48,066 nucleotides of DNA from a virus (lineage: Duplodnaviria; Caudoviricetes), in the IMG/VR virus record IMGVR_UViG_3300022602_004116, positions 1 to 48,066 of that record, one strand, 5' to 3'. A program made the translations under genes and the position numbers. This document shows positions 25,582 to 36,244 of this stretch, piece by piece. Under the pieces are notes generated by a model. That model worked only from the letters and a program-made list of their open reading frames with translations, was not told the origin of the DNA and ran no database searches. The stretch's first letter is position 1. Every line of letters starts with the position of its first letter.

Positions 25582-27426
25582 CTACTTATTCTGAGATAAG
25601 TATGTAGTTAATGGGATATTTTGATTTTCCGATTGTGCTACCAACAGTCGAGGATTTGGGTCATTGTTGACCGTGATGCCTCTAAAATTGAATGTTGTGG
25701 TGTTGTTGGATTCGGCTATGGCCAATCGAATAGTATCACCGTAGGCATCGTTGGTTATCAAATTGGCAAAAAACAAGTTGGCCTGATCACCATTTCTGTT
25801 GGTTCCAATGCCACTGATTCGGCTGGCAAAGTTGGTCAAGATCTGCGGATAGCTTGGAGTAAAACTTACACCGGCTCTTCTCAAGTTGGCCACTTCCAAA
25901 CTTATTTTGTTGCAAATGGCGTACCAGGCGGCTTGACTATCTGCATCAGACAACGAATTCAATGCTGACACCAGCGCCGACACATTGGCTGTGACCGGAG
26001 CAATGTCGGGCGTGTTTCCTGGCATGTCATCGGTGCCATAGGAAAAACTTGTGACAAAATTGGATACTGCCTGATCCAGATGGGACATTATGGTTGTCAA
26101 ATTGACCTGTTGGGCCGACGCTGAATAGTGTTGATTTATAGTATCAAACCAAGTGGTGTAGGGCGTACCAGATACTGCACCCAAATAGTCAGCCAATATT
26201 GTGGTATTGAACGGGCCGGTACCACTACCGTAGCTGTTTATCAATCCGTTGACTATGCTGTCGGGCAACACCACTGTGTTGGCTGTGGCTGTGGTATAAG
26301 GTAAACTTGGCACATCAACAGTCAATAAAAATTTGGCCATTTCTGCCCAGGAATTAAAACTGCCAGAGCCTACTTTGTTGTGCAGGTACTGACCAAACGT
26401 GACAAAATCTGTGATACCTATTGCCGACAGTTGAGCATAATAGGCGCTACCAACTACCTTTTCAAAGTCCAAATAATCTGCCAAGGTAGTCAACGTCGAT
26501 CCAGTTGTGGCCACTGTGGTAGCCACAGTGATGGCTGTCAAATCTGTACCAGTTATTGTGTTGTATATGGCCGTTACCACATCAGGACTGTTGCCCAATG
26601 TGGATGTGGTGGTCACTACATTTCCAACTGTGGGCAAATGAATTGCACCAATTGGTGTAGTGGACGAAAAAGTAGTGGCTGTTTGTGTTACCACTGTTTT
26701 ACTTGGAGATACCTGCGAAAGATTATAAACATTCAGTCCAGCATTGGTCAATTTTGTTGCCAAGTTACCATAGACGCCCAGACCTTGATTCAAGATGTTT
26801 TGTCCAAACACATAAACATCTCCACATTTGGTAATGTTTGTGATATCGTACATGGTACCCCAACCGGCAACAATTTTGGAGATCAAGGCTCCATTGTTGT
26901 TGATACCGTTGGTTACCAAATCTACCGGACCAGTATAGCCCAGGCCCATTTGAGCGTAGGTTTTACCTCGCAGTATGTTGACGCTGGCCACTGTATCGAA
27001 AGTATTTGATGTGTAACCATATACAGTATTGTATACATTGGCAAATTGTTGCATACCAGCAACGCCGCCAGATCCAAATGGGGCCGCCGCTTGCGATCGC
27101 ACCGTGCTGGTAAAGCTGGCAATACTGGGACCAGTTGTAGTGTTACCGTAGTATACTACACCAGTGCTGGCTGTTGGAGATACATTGGCCGGGTACAGAT
27201 CAATCATGTATCCTGAATTTGCCGATGAGATAGGTTGCAATGCTGTGATCAGATTGCCAAGAATGTTGGCATTGGCTGTGGCAGCATTTGTGTAGATGTT
27301 GGCCATGAATCCAAACGCAGGCTGACTCCGTAGTGTGGCTATTTCAGCCAGCAGATTGGCATTGGTATAAAGACCTTGTCCATTGATAATGGTATTGGTT
27401 GCGATTAGTTGTAGTGCTGAGGCCAT
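25582..27426 (-). CDS. large virion structural protein (baseplate/tail-associated?)
   Basis: 614 aa, T/N/A/G-rich, directly downstream of the PAAR gene. Confidence 0.55.
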   Translation of the reverse strand: MASALQLIATNTIINGQGLYTNANLLAEIATLRSQPAFGFMANIYTNAATANANILGNLITALQPISSANSGYMIDLYPANVSPTASTGVVYYGNTTTGPSIASFTSTVRSQAAAPFGSGGVAGMQQFANVYNTVYGYTSNTFDTVASVNILRGKTYAQMGLGYTGPVDLVTNGINNNGALISKIVAGWGTMYDITNITKCGDVYVFGQNILNQGLGVYGNLATKLTNAGLNVYNLSQVSPSKTVVTQTATTFSSTTPIGAIHLPTVGNVVTTTSTLGNSPDVVTAIYNTITGTDLTAITVATTVATTGSTLTTLADYLDFEKVVGSAYYAQLSAIGITDFVTFGQYLHNKVGSGSFNSWAEMAKFLLTVDVPSLPYTTATANTVVLPDSIVNGLINSYGSGTGPFNTTILADYLGAVSGTPYTTWFDTINQHYSASAQQVNLTTIMSHLDQAVSNFVTSFSYGTDDMPGNTPDIAPVTANVSALVSALNSLSDADSQAAWYAICNKISLEVANLRRAGVSFTPSYPQILTNFASRISGIGTNRNGDQANLFFANLITNDAYGDTIRLAIAESNNTTTFNFRGITVNNDPNPRLLVAQSENQNIPLTTYLSQNK

Positions 27427-27431
27427 AGAGG

Positions 27432-27764
27432 TTAAGCGCCGACGTAGGTTTTAATAGCAGGTTCCAGACACACAAGATGAAACCCACAGGTGCACTCGGC
27501 TGGATCAAATGCCACGCCAAGGTGCTCGGGTCCTGCAAGAACTCTGGGTGCTCCGCTTACTATAACAGAATCTGCACAGAGAGGATTGAATCCTGGCGCA
27601 TGCGGATTTGAAAAATTACCATGCGGGGTAACATCAGACAATTCTGTAGCAACTGGACGACCTTCAATAAAGATGGTAGGAGTAATGGTCAATGCCACAC
27701 CGGAAGGACCCCACAAAGGCGGAGTCATTGATCCGTGTAATATTACTGGTACCAGTCCGGCCAT
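27432..27764 (-). CDS. PAAR-like spike tip protein (gp5.4-like)
   Basis: IFIEGRPVAT, TPH, SG.PRV, CTCGFH metal-ligand pattern. Confidence 0.7.
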   Translation of the reverse strand: MAGLVPVILHGSMTPPLWGPSGVALTITPTIFIEGRPVATELSDVTPHGNFSNPHAPGFNPLCADSVIVSGAPRVLAGPEHLGVAFDPAECTCGFHLVCLEPAIKTYVGA

Positions 27765-28072
27765 TAAGTGATAATTCCTGAGTTAGCTGGCTGAATACCT
27801 GTTGTGGTACGAATATAGTGATTTTCAATATCAGTAATAACTGTACCATGCATGATCACATGTTGATTTTTCAGCTCAACATTGTTATTTATATCCGCAG
27901 AAATCAGGCTCTGCATGAGTCCAAGTCCTTGTTGACTGGGAATAACAGTACAAGGACGATTTACTACAAATCCAGTGTCGGTTACTTCTACAATTTTGGC
28001 AATAATTTCATCGCCATTGACCACTTTGAAACACACGATATCTCCGGCGGAGTATCCTTTATTGATTAACAT
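27764..28072 (-). CDS. conserved phage protein (Sm-like fold?)
   Basis: GDIVCFKVVNGDEIIAK, C-terminal Y..TTTGI. Confidence 0.6.
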   Translation of the reverse strand: MLINKGYSAGDIVCFKVVNGDEIIAKIVEVTDTGFVVNRPCTVIPSQQGLGLMQSLISADINNNVELKNQHVIMHGTVITDIENHYIRTTTGIQPANSGIIT

Positions 28073-28074
28073 GT

Positions 28075-28320
28075 TTATCCTTTTAGTTGTTGAAAAAATT
28101 CGTCTGACTTCTTACTTAGTCCTTGAAATCCGCCTTCCACTAACAATTTACCATCTTGATAAATTTGTGGTACTGTACGATGTCCTTCGCCCATGATAAA
28201 TTCACGTGCTTCGGTATCTTGGTCAATTCGAATTTCTTCAAATGCTACACCTTTTAATTTTAATAGGCCTTTGGCTTTGTCGCAAAATGGACAATTGGCT
28301 TTTGAATATACTGTTATCAT
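28075..28320 (-). CDS. glutaredoxin
   Basis: CPFC, RTVPQI, GGF. Confidence 0.92.
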   Translation of the reverse strand: MITVYSKANCPFCDKAKGLLKLKGVAFEEIRIDQDTEAREFIMGEGHRTVPQIYQDGKLLVEGGFQGLSKKSDEFFQQLKG

Positions 28321-28325
28321 TATTT

Positions 28326-29045
28326 TTACTCCTTATGCATATTTTCTGATAGTACTGGTAATAATTGGTCAACAAAATGTTGTTTTGCCTGTGTTCCTGG
28401 ATGAAATCCGTCCTCATCAAAACTGTTCAATTCTATAGCAAAATCCTGTATGGTTTTTGGCTGATCATTGGACACAAATAAAAATCTATCAAAATCAATT
28501 TGATTGATCAATGACTCCAACTCAGGAACTGTTCGCAAGTGAAAATCTGGTGTGGACTTTATTACCCGATCTTCTTTACCCCAATAGTTCACGTACGAGG
28601 TAAAGTAGTATGTGATATTATTTAACTTTAAAAAATTTTGTAATTTTAAAATTTCCATCAAGGACAGATACCCGTACTGTGTCTTGTCTAAAAATTTGTA
28701 ATCGGATTCAAACAACAGTCGAGCCAGATTGTATTGTTGCCAACTCGATCCAGGTTGTGCGCCGCCGGATGAAATATATGTTTGTCCGTTGACTGTGTTG
28801 CGATAGTAATAATCAGCAAATTGTTCGGGACGATCAACAATTTTATCTAACCTGGTCAGACCAGACCAACTCACAACCACAGCATCAACAGCGTTGGTCA
28901 ACAGGTAATTGAAGGTGGCATCGGCTATATATCGATTGCCGCATCCATTGAGACTTAGATCAACAATTTCAAATTGGTCCTGGGGCAAAAGATTTGGCCA
29001 GCCGTTGTAGCGTATGAAGCTACAACCAACCACCAGCAATTTCAC
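28326..29045 (-). CDS. SGNH-hydrolase-like protein
   Basis: GCSF, G.GN, WSG..R, DGFHP. Confidence 0.6.
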   Translation of the reverse strand: MKLLVVGCSFIRYNGWPNLLPQDQFEIVDLSLNGCGNRYIADATFNYLLTNAVDAVVVSWSGLTRLDKIVDRPEQFADYYYRNTVNGQTYISSGGAQPGSSWQQYNLARLLFESDYKFLDKTQYGYLSLMEILKLQNFLKLNNITYYFTSYVNYWGKEDRVIKSTPDFHLRTVPELESLINQIDFDRFLFVSNDQPKTIQDFAIELNSFDEDGFHPGTQAKQHFVDQLLPVLSENMHKE

Positions 29046-30169
29046 AAACTGAGACCTTTGAATGTGTCACCATCCACGTCCTGCTTGGTTCCACCAATCA
29101 CATAGGTAGTGATTTCTGTTTCTTGTGGTGCTACCTGTACATCCGATCCGGCAATCCACTTCATGGTCCATGGCAAAGGATTAGATCCTGGCTTGATGCC
29201 ACAATCCAACCCCACTGCGGTCATGCGCTTGCAAGTCAACCAGTCAACATATTGTGCCAACAGGACCTGGTTAAGACCAATCATACTTCCGTCTTTGAAC
29301 AAGTACTTGGCCCATTCTTTTTCTTGGTTAGCAGCAGATAAAAACATGGCTGTGCATTCCGCCCGAGTTTCTTCACGGATCTTCACATAATCCGCATCAT
29401 CCTGTGGTAGCAATTTTAACAGGGTTTGCGTGGACCCCAAGTGAACATTTTCGTCTCGAGCAATCAATTTAATAATTTTGGCATTGCCTTCCATCTTTTT
29501 CAACTCAGCAAATGCCCAGGAACAAGCAAAGCTGACATAGAAGCGTATGCCTTCCAATGCGTTAACACTATTCAAACACAGCCATAATTTTTTCTTGAGT
29601 TCATACATGTCAACAACCACTTGTTTGTCATTGACTGTGTGTGTACCCAGGCCCAACATGCGATACCATCCTGAGGCTTCAATCAAGTCATCGTAGTACT
29701 TGGAAATGTCTTTGGCACAGGCCACAATTTCTTCCAATTCCAACATTTCATCAAATATTTCGCTGGGGTTGGCATACACGTTACGAATAATGTGTGTGTA
29801 ACTGCGACTGTGAATGGTTTCGTTGAATGCCCAGGTCTCAATCCAGGTTTCTAATTCAGGAATAGTGGCCAGTGGCAAGAAAGCCAGATTAGGCGATCGA
29901 CCCTGTACCGAGTCCAACAGAATCTGACGTTTTAGATTTGACGTAAAAATATGTCGTTCAAAGTCTGTTAGTTCTTTGAAGTCCTTGGCATCACGCATGA
30001 CATCCACTTCTTCAGGACGCCAAAAGAATCCCAACTGCTTGTCGGTTAATTTATCAAATTGACGATATTTTAATACGTCATAACGCTGTACTGCTGGTGT
30101 GCCATTGGTATCTAAAAATGCCAACGACTTGGTGTGATCTATCTTGTTACTTACATTAAAAACTGACAT
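29042..30169 (-). CDS. nrdB: ribonucleotide reductase class Ia beta subunit
   Basis: FFWRPEE, LDSVQGR, ETIHSRSY, EGIRFYVSF, RDENVH, APQE. Confidence 0.96.
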   Translation of the reverse strand: MSVFNVSNKIDHTKSLAFLDTNGTPAVQRYDVLKYRQFDKLTDKQLGFFWRPEEVDVMRDAKDFKELTDFERHIFTSNLKRQILLDSVQGRSPNLAFLPLATIPELETWIETWAFNETIHSRSYTHIIRNVYANPSEIFDEMLELEEIVACAKDISKYYDDLIEASGWYRMLGLGTHTVNDKQVVVDMYELKKKLWLCLNSVNALEGIRFYVSFACSWAFAELKKMEGNAKIIKLIARDENVHLGSTQTLLKLLPQDDADYVKIREETRAECTAMFLSAANQEKEWAKYLFKDGSMIGLNQVLLAQYVDWLTCKRMTAVGLDCGIKPGSNPLPWTMKWIAGSDVQVAPQETEITTYVIGGTKQDVDGDTFKGLSL

Positions 30170-30178
30170 GGTGTCTCC

Positions 30179-32476
30179 TTAAATTACACAACTATCGCAG
30201 TCGGCTGCATCGTCGACAGGGGCCAACTCTTCACTCTTGGATAATTTATCAATGTCAATTTCACCTTGACCGTCATTGGTATTGAAATAATACAACTGCT
30301 TGCCGCCGTACTTGTAAAACTGAATAATGTCTTTGAGCATTTCGCTCATTGGGATCTTTTCATCTGCATAAAAACGTGGATTGTATGAAGTGTTTACACT
30401 GATACCTTGATCGATATATTTTTGCAATACTGCACACAGTCGTAGATATCCTTCTGGGCTTTTTTGATCCCATAGCAATTCATAACGATTCTTCAGACGA
30501 CGATACTCAGGTACTACCTGTTTGAGTACACCGTGTTTGCTTTGCTTGACTGATACATAACTGCGAGGGGGCTCAATGCCGTTGGTAGCGTTTGAGATTT
30601 GTGCTGATGTTTCAGCTGGCATTAGAGCCATTAGGGTAGCATTACGCTGACCAGTGGCTTTGGTTTGCTCGCGAAGTTCTGCCCAGGGCATACGTTCTTG
30701 GTGAGGAACCAGTTCATCAATTTCTGACTTGCGTGTATCAATTGGCAATACGCCCTTGGCCGATTTCAAATCTTTCCACCGACCACAGGCACCTTGTTCA
30801 ACGGCGAGATCAGCTGAAGCTTTTAATAGGTAGTAACTCCAGGCTTCAGCATACTCGTCTACAATGGCTACTGCTTCTGGACTGCTGTATGTTACATCGT
30901 TCTTTGCCAAGAAATAAGCAAAGTTGATAATACCAACTCCCAAGGGACGGAACTCTTCAGTGGCCAGTTCCGCCGCACGTACAGGATAATTTTGATAACT
31001 CAATAATGCATCTAAACCACGTACTGCCAGTTCGCACGGTTTCTGGAAGTCATGTGGGCTTTTTACATTGCCCCAATTGATTGCGCTCAAAGTACAGAGT
31101 GCAATCCTACCATCCTCGTCGTTGACATCCTTTAGTGGAACTGTTGGTAAATCAATTTCACAACAAAGGTTTGACATCTTTACGGGTGCTACACTTTCAT
31201 CAAATGGACTGTGCGTGTTGGCATGGTCCACGTTTTGCAAATAGATACGTCCGGTATCTTTGCGTTCCTGCATAAAACGGGTAAACAAATCTGCGGCTTT
31301 GAATGTTTTTTTACGAATCTTTGTACTGCGTTCAGCCTTCTCATACAGCTCTTTGAAACGATCTTGATCGTTAAAGAAAGCATCATACATTTCTGGCACA
31401 TCATGCGGACTAAAACAGGTAATATCGCCGCCGGTAATCAATCGCTCATACATCAATTTATTAAACTGCACACCATAGTCCATGTGACGTACACGGTTAT
31501 CTTCTGTACCTTTGTTGTTCTTTAAAACAATAAGGTCTTCAATTTCCAAATGCCAGATAGGATAGTATAGTGTGGCGGCACCGTTGCGTACACCGCCTTG
31601 GCTACAACTGCGTGTGGCACTTTGGAATAACTTGTAAAATGGTACTACACCTGTGTGGTATGCGTCACCTGAGCGGATGGGCGAACCCAATGCTCTAATT
31701 CGCCCGGCACCGATTCCAATACCAGCTTTCTGACTAACATACTTGACAATGCTACTACTAGTAGCATTAATGCTATCCAAAGAATCATCTGCTTCAATAA
31801 GTACACACGAACTGAATTGCTTCTGAGGAGTGCGTACACCGGCCATAACAGGAGTAGGAAGACTAATGTCTCCAAGACTGATTGCATCATAATAATCCTT
31901 CACCCAGCGTAGACGTGTGTCTGCGGGATATGATTGAAATAACGTGGCCGCAATAAGCATATAGGCCATTTGTGGAGTTTCAAATATTTCATTGGTCACA
32001 CGATTTTGAACCAGGTACTTGCCGCGCCATTGTTCCATGGCTACGTAGGTAAAGTTTTCATCACGAGCATGATCAATTTTGCTATCAAGCGTGTTCCACT
32101 CATCTTCTGAATATGTTTCCAACAGTCCGCGATCGTAAAATCCCGATGCTACATTTTTCTTTACCAATTCTAATAGTGTGCAGGGCTGGTAATCATTGTA
32201 GACCTGCTTGCGTAAGTGGTAGTTGATCAATCGACCAGCCACATATTGATAGTTAGGAGTTTCTTCTGAGATCAAATCAGCAGCACTTTTGATCAAGGTT
32301 TCTTGTATGTCGGCGGTTTTGATGCCGTTGTAAAACTGTATGTGGCTTTTGATTTCTACTTCGCTGGCGCTGACACCGGTAATTCCTTGTGTGGCCCAAA
32401 ATACTACTTTGTGTAATTTTTCTAGATCGAGGTCTTCAGTGTGACCTTCTCTTTTTGTAACTTTTATTGATGTCAT
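30179..32476 (-). CDS. nrdA: ribonucleotide reductase class Ia alpha subunit
   Basis: ATP cone, FSSCVLI, SNLCCEI, LYY, C-terminal CDSC. Confidence 0.97.
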   Translation of the reverse strand: MTSIKVTKREGHTEDLDLEKLHKVVFWATQGITGVSASEVEIKSHIQFYNGIKTADIQETLIKSAADLISEETPNYQYVAGRLINYHLRKQVYNDYQPCTLLELVKKNVASGFYDRGLLETYSEDEWNTLDSKIDHARDENFTYVAMEQWRGKYLVQNRVTNEIFETPQMAYMLIAATLFQSYPADTRLRWVKDYYDAISLGDISLPTPVMAGVRTPQKQFSSCVLIEADDSLDSINATSSSIVKYVSQKAGIGIGAGRIRALGSPIRSGDAYHTGVVPFYKLFQSATRSCSQGGVRNGAATLYYPIWHLEIEDLIVLKNNKGTEDNRVRHMDYGVQFNKLMYERLITGGDITCFSPHDVPEMYDAFFNDQDRFKELYEKAERSTKIRKKTFKAADLFTRFMQERKDTGRIYLQNVDHANTHSPFDESVAPVKMSNLCCEIDLPTVPLKDVNDEDGRIALCTLSAINWGNVKSPHDFQKPCELAVRGLDALLSYQNYPVRAAELATEEFRPLGVGIINFAYFLAKNDVTYSSPEAVAIVDEYAEAWSYYLLKASADLAVEQGACGRWKDLKSAKGVLPIDTRKSEIDELVPHQERMPWAELREQTKATGQRNATLMALMPAETSAQISNATNGIEPPRSYVSVKQSKHGVLKQVVPEYRRLKNRYELLWDQKSPEGYLRLCAVLQKYIDQGISVNTSYNPRFYADEKIPMSEMLKDIIQFYKYGGKQLYYFNTNDGQGEIDIDKLSKSEELAPVDDAADCDSCVI

Positions 32477-32485
32477 TGATTTCTC

Positions 32486-32938
32486 TTAATAATTTTCTAA
32501 TTGTAATTCTGTTGCGGTAAATTTGTGTTTCAACTTCAATGTTTTGTCGAACTGTTCATTATTTACGATCTCTCCGTCAATCAAATTAAGAATATATTTC
32601 CCCTGGTTGATCCAAGCTAAATTATACTCATAACCATTGGCGGGATCTTGATAAATCCGAATTTCAATATCCAATGCTGTTTTATGCTGTGTTAATGATA
32701 CAGTATACACTATACCCAGACATTTTGCAAGATCGCAGTAGATATTTTCGTCAATCAGCGACCATGGATCGGGCCATGTTTCGGCATGATCCGGATCTAA
32801 ATTGTAAGGAACAAAGGGTGCGTTGGACCAAAATTCCGCTGTGTGGGACAAGGCTTCGTCAAGCGGAAGTGTGTCTAAAGTGTATCGAAATTCTCGCCAG
32901 GACCTTAGGCGATCCTCGGTTGGTAATTGAAACATCAA
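32486..32938 (-). CDS. hypothetical conserved phage protein
   Basis: RL..WREFR, WPDPW.LI.EN.YC. Confidence 0.65.
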   Translation of the reverse strand: MMFQLPTEDRLRSWREFRYTLDTLPLDEALSHTAEFWSNAPFVPYNLDPDHAETWPDPWSLIDENIYCDLAKCLGIVYTVSLTQHKTALDIEIRIYQDPANGYEYNLAWINQGKYILNLIDGEIVNNEQFDKTLKLKHKFTATELQLENY

Positions 32939-32940
32939 TG

Positions 32941-33543
32941 TTATACTGACTGTAATCTATAATATAGTTTTGAATTAGTTCCAGCGCCGGCGCTGTTGTA
33001 ATTAAAATTGGTCTGTGTAGAATTGGCTGTCATGTTAAAAGACATCACAGTTGTGCCAGTTTGCGTATATTCTTCGTCATACGATACTGCAGAAGTTGCG
33101 CTGTTGTAACTAAAACTGATACGGCCAGATCGTTGTGCTGACCCTTGTGTCATGGTATAACTAATTACACCATTGCTGGTATTGGTTGTGGTAATTGTTC
33201 CAGTGGTCGGAGTACTTGGTATTGTAAAAGCAATATTGCCTAGATTGCCCTGTTGCAACGAATTAATTTGATTGTTGATGGTGATCACATTGCCTTGCAA
33301 TACTGCAACGTTGGCTTCAGTTGCATTGATCTGTCCAGCAAAACCTGCAGTAAAATCAATAATACTGAATTCTGTTAGAATCTCTGTTTGACCTTCAACT
33401 GGAGCACCTTCGGCAAGTGTTCCGTTACCGATATATAATTTACGAGCATCAATACTCCAGCCCAGTTCTCCACCGTCCAGCTGTGGAAGATCTTGCTGTA
33501 AACCTCTACGATTTTGTATTTTACTGATTTGAACGATAGCCAT
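32941..33543 (-). CDS. virion structural protein with fibre/tropism-type N-terminal domain
   Basis: IQNRRG..LPQL..GELGW..D..KLYIGNG; TAAATA and GAGG upstream. Confidence 0.7.
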   Translation of the reverse strand: MAIVQISKIQNRRGLQQDLPQLDGGELGWSIDARKLYIGNGTLAEGAPVEGQTEILTEFSIIDFTAGFAGQINATEANVAVLQGNVITINNQINSLQQGNLGNIAFTIPSTPTTGTITTTNTSNGVISYTMTQGSAQRSGRISFSYNSATSAVSYDEEYTQTGTTVMSFNMTANSTQTNFNYNSAGAGTNSKLYYRLQSV

Positions 33544-33580
33544 TGCTGTTACCTCTGTTTATTAGTGTATTTATGCTGTG

Positions 33581-34555
33581 TCACAAACTGTAATTCCAGT
33601 AATTTTTCAGCAAATGACTGCGTTCGTCTCGTACTACATTTTCCATTCCAGGGCCAGTAAAACCACACATGTTGCACACACGCTCGGGGTTTTTTTGCCG
33701 TTCAATCCAGGCCGCAATTTCTGCGTCGGTGGATTCTGTGCCCACTGTGGCATAGTCTTTGATATAAGGAGCCCATTGGGCAGTATTGGCAATGTCAAAC
33801 GTGTTTAAGGTATGTTCTAATACTCCCATTGGAGGACATTTCCACAAGCGTCCTCGATATAGTGTTACAAATTCTTTGGTCTGACAAAAAGCATGGTTTT
33901 CTGTGTAGTATTCAGCTTGGTAATCGTACACCGGTTCCATCAACTCGCCGTGTCCACGATAGTGTACACACCAATGCAGTTTATACTGTTCGCAGGTGGT
34001 AAACCCAATTTTGGTACTGGCTCCGTTGACCACCAATCTATACCAGCGTTTGGTGTTGACTGCGTATTCGTCCAACCATAGGTCCCATTCAGCAGTATGT
34101 ACTCCCGGCTGTTTTAAATGATATTCCTGTATGGCAGTTTTTAATCGATCAACGTTGTCATTTACCTTGCTAAGATACGGCTCGGTGCCAGTTTGTTTGC
34201 TGACTACCAAGCTCATACCAACATCCAGGTTGAACAATCGATCCACGTTGTCAATCAGCCGATCCAGATAGTATCCGTTGGTATTAAGGCTAATGCCCAC
34301 TGTGGGTCCCCATAGTTGGCTCACCGTGGTGGCCCAATCAACAAATTCTGGATGTAGCAACGGTTCGCCGCCAAACAAGGTTACAGCCTTGGGCTCCAGT
34401 CGTTTGGCCCAAAATTCCAGCCACTCAATGCTGTCATCCAGTCTGACCAATCCCTTGATGTTTTTATGATCGCTGTGAGTCATACAGCCTTTGCAGGCCA
34501 GGTTACAGGATCTAATGATGGGAATATCAAGATGGTCGAGACGAATTTTATCCAT
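33581..34555 (-). CDS. radical SAM protein
   Basis: CNLACKGC, GGEPLLH, TNG, C-terminal Cys (KCPP, CNMC). Confidence 0.88.
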   Translation of the reverse strand: MDKIRLDHLDIPIIRSCNLACKGCMTHSDHKNIKGLVRLDDSIEWLEFWAKRLEPKAVTLFGGEPLLHPEFVDWATTVSQLWGPTVGISLNTNGYYLDRLIDNVDRLFNLDVGMSLVVSKQTGTEPYLSKVNDNVDRLKTAIQEYHLKQPGVHTAEWDLWLDEYAVNTKRWYRLVVNGASTKIGFTTCEQYKLHWCVHYRGHGELMEPVYDYQAEYYTENHAFCQTKEFVTLYRGRLWKCPPMGVLEHTLNTFDIANTAQWAPYIKDYATVGTESTDAEIAAWIERQKNPERVCNMCGFTGPGMENVVRDERSHLLKNYWNYSL

Positions 34556-35265
34556 TACACGCTCAGGTAATATAGTTCAACACGTTTGTTCCACTCGTCA
34601 CAATAGTGGTCAAACTCTGCACCCTCAAGAACAAATTCCAGGTACTTGGGTGTCTCAAACACACCGGGTTCGAGCTCTTTAGGTTGACAACACATCATAA
34701 TAACACCCTTGCGGATGTCGGTTCCGTACATGTTGTTGTGAGCCTGTGCATAGGCCGCCAACTGTATAAAATAGTCACCAATATATTCACGTTTTTTAAC
34801 TTTGTTGCTTTGTTTGTAGTCCATGATGGCCGGTGCGCCGCCATGCACTCCCACTGAGTCAGTGGTGCCAGCATATAATCCGCTGTAGTACACAGGAACT
34901 TCTACTCCCCACACTTCGTCAATGCGTTCAAAGCCTTCCAGGATAACCTGAGCGGCCATGTACCACGAAGGCTGTGCAAACGGATTGCCAGGTAACTCTT
35001 TCATTTTGCCAGTTTTGACATAGTGTTCCAAGTAACTGTGCATACGTGTGCCGCGATTGGCAGCTTCGGTAGTGATTTGTTGGGCACGTTGCTCACCTAC
35101 ACTTTTTCTCCAATTGGCCAGGGCCGCTTTGGATTCTGCACTTTTGGTTCTATCCAGTATGGTAGTAACACTGGGTACCTTGCTGCCATCAGGCAAACAG
35201 TAGTGACGTTTGCCATCTATAGTGGTTCTATCGCAGGGAGTGTAGTTGTATCGAGAGATTATCAT
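34555..35265 (-). CDS. PD-(D/E)XK (Cas4/MGME1-like) exonuclease
   Basis: PSVTTIL, RGT.MH, E, YAGTTD, DYK, QLAAYA. Confidence 0.85.
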   Translation of the reverse strand: MIISRYNYTPCDRTTIDGKRHYCLPDGSKVPSVTTILDRTKSAESKAALANWRKSVGEQRAQQITTEAANRGTRMHSYLEHYVKTGKMKELPGNPFAQPSWYMAAQVILEGFERIDEVWGVEVPVYYSGLYAGTTDSVGVHGGAPAIMDYKQSNKVKKREYIGDYFIQLAAYAQAHNNMYGTDIRKGVIMMCCQPKELEPGVFETPKYLEFVLEGAEFDHYCDEWNKRVELYYLSV

Positions 35266-35927
35266 TTTATCCATTCTGAAAGTCGTGCAGCTATTAATTC
35301 ATGTCCTTGTTGATTGGGGTGCGAACTGTGTGTGCCTTTGAAATATTGATTGTTGTTGTCGACCCATTTGCAACCAAACAAATCTAAAAAATTTGTATCA
35401 CCAAAGTCCCAAAACTTCTTGCGATCGACACCTTTGAAATCTTGTATTTTCCAATCAACAGTGGAAAAACTCAGTGCATAGTAGTCGCGAATATTGTGTT
35501 GCTGGCACAGGGTTGACAACGCCAACGCAGTGGTATAGAATTTGAAATGATCCAGGCGATCTGAATGTATATGCTTGTAGTAAGATTCTGATGCATTGTC
35601 GCCTTCGGTTGACCCATCATGCATGACGTAGCCGCACTCGGTACCGTAGCGAAAATCAAACCTTGCTTTTTCGGGCCAGTACATGAATCTGGTCAATGCT
35701 GTGAACGAAAACAATGCCACATACTCTGTATCAACATCCACTGGCGATTCGTTGATCATGGTTTGCAGTTGCAATATCATGTGCTCAGGTGCTGTGGATA
35801 TTTCTGCAAAGTTCTTGAATTCCCAGCCCTTGGTTTCAGCAATCAATTGACCGTAGGTTTTTTCTCCGGGCTGGAGATCTGCTCCCCAGGTCCAGCTGTC
35901 ACCAAACGCGGCCAGTGTTGTTTTCAT
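35262..35927 (-). CDS. SGNH-hydrolase-like protein
   Basis: FGDSWTWG ... HPNQQGH; ATGA-coupled on both sides. Confidence 0.65.
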   Translation of the reverse strand: MKTTLAAFGDSWTWGADLQPGEKTYGQLIAETKGWEFKNFAEISTAPEHMILQLQTMINESPVDVDTEYVALFSFTALTRFMYWPEKARFDFRYGTECGYVMHDGSTEGDNASESYYKHIHSDRLDHFKFYTTALALSTLCQQHNIRDYYALSFSTVDWKIQDFKGVDRKKFWDFGDTNFLDLFGCKWVDNNNQYFKGTHSSHPNQQGHELIAARLSEWIK

Positions 35928-36244
35928 ACTCGGAAACTTTCTCCACACCCGCAACGATCCTTTTCGTTGGGATTTACAAATTCAAATCCTTCATTGAGTC
36001 CTTGGCGCACATAGTCTATGGTCATGCCTTCCAAGTAAACAACATCCTTGGGATCGCACCATACTGTAGCACCATTGCTGTCAAATTTGTGTAGTGTAGA
36101 TTCAGCCACATCCAGATATTCCAACACATAGGCCATGCCCGAACACCCAGTGGTTCTTACACCCACGCGAATTCCAATACCTTTGCCTCGCTTGGCCAGA
36201 TTGGCGTTGATTTTTTTACTTGCTGTTTCTGTTATATTAATCAT
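35924..36244 (-). CDS. iscA: iron-sulfur cluster assembly protein IscA
   Basis: GCSGMAY, F.NPN, CGCGESF. Confidence 0.93.
   Translation of the reverse strand: MINITETASKKINANLAKRGKGIGIRVGVRTTGCSGMAYVLEYLDVAESTLHKFDSNGATVWCDPKDVVYLEGMTIDYVRQGLNEGFEFVNPNEKDRCGCGESFRV

Noticed and set aside
29042-32476. Introns or inteins in nrdA/nrdB
   Set aside because: Both ORFs are uninterrupted and of normal class Ia length.
34555-35265. Cas4-like nuclease as evidence of CRISPR-Cas
   Set aside because: It is a stand-alone PD-(D/E)XK nuclease common in T4-like phages; no array or other cas genes are present.
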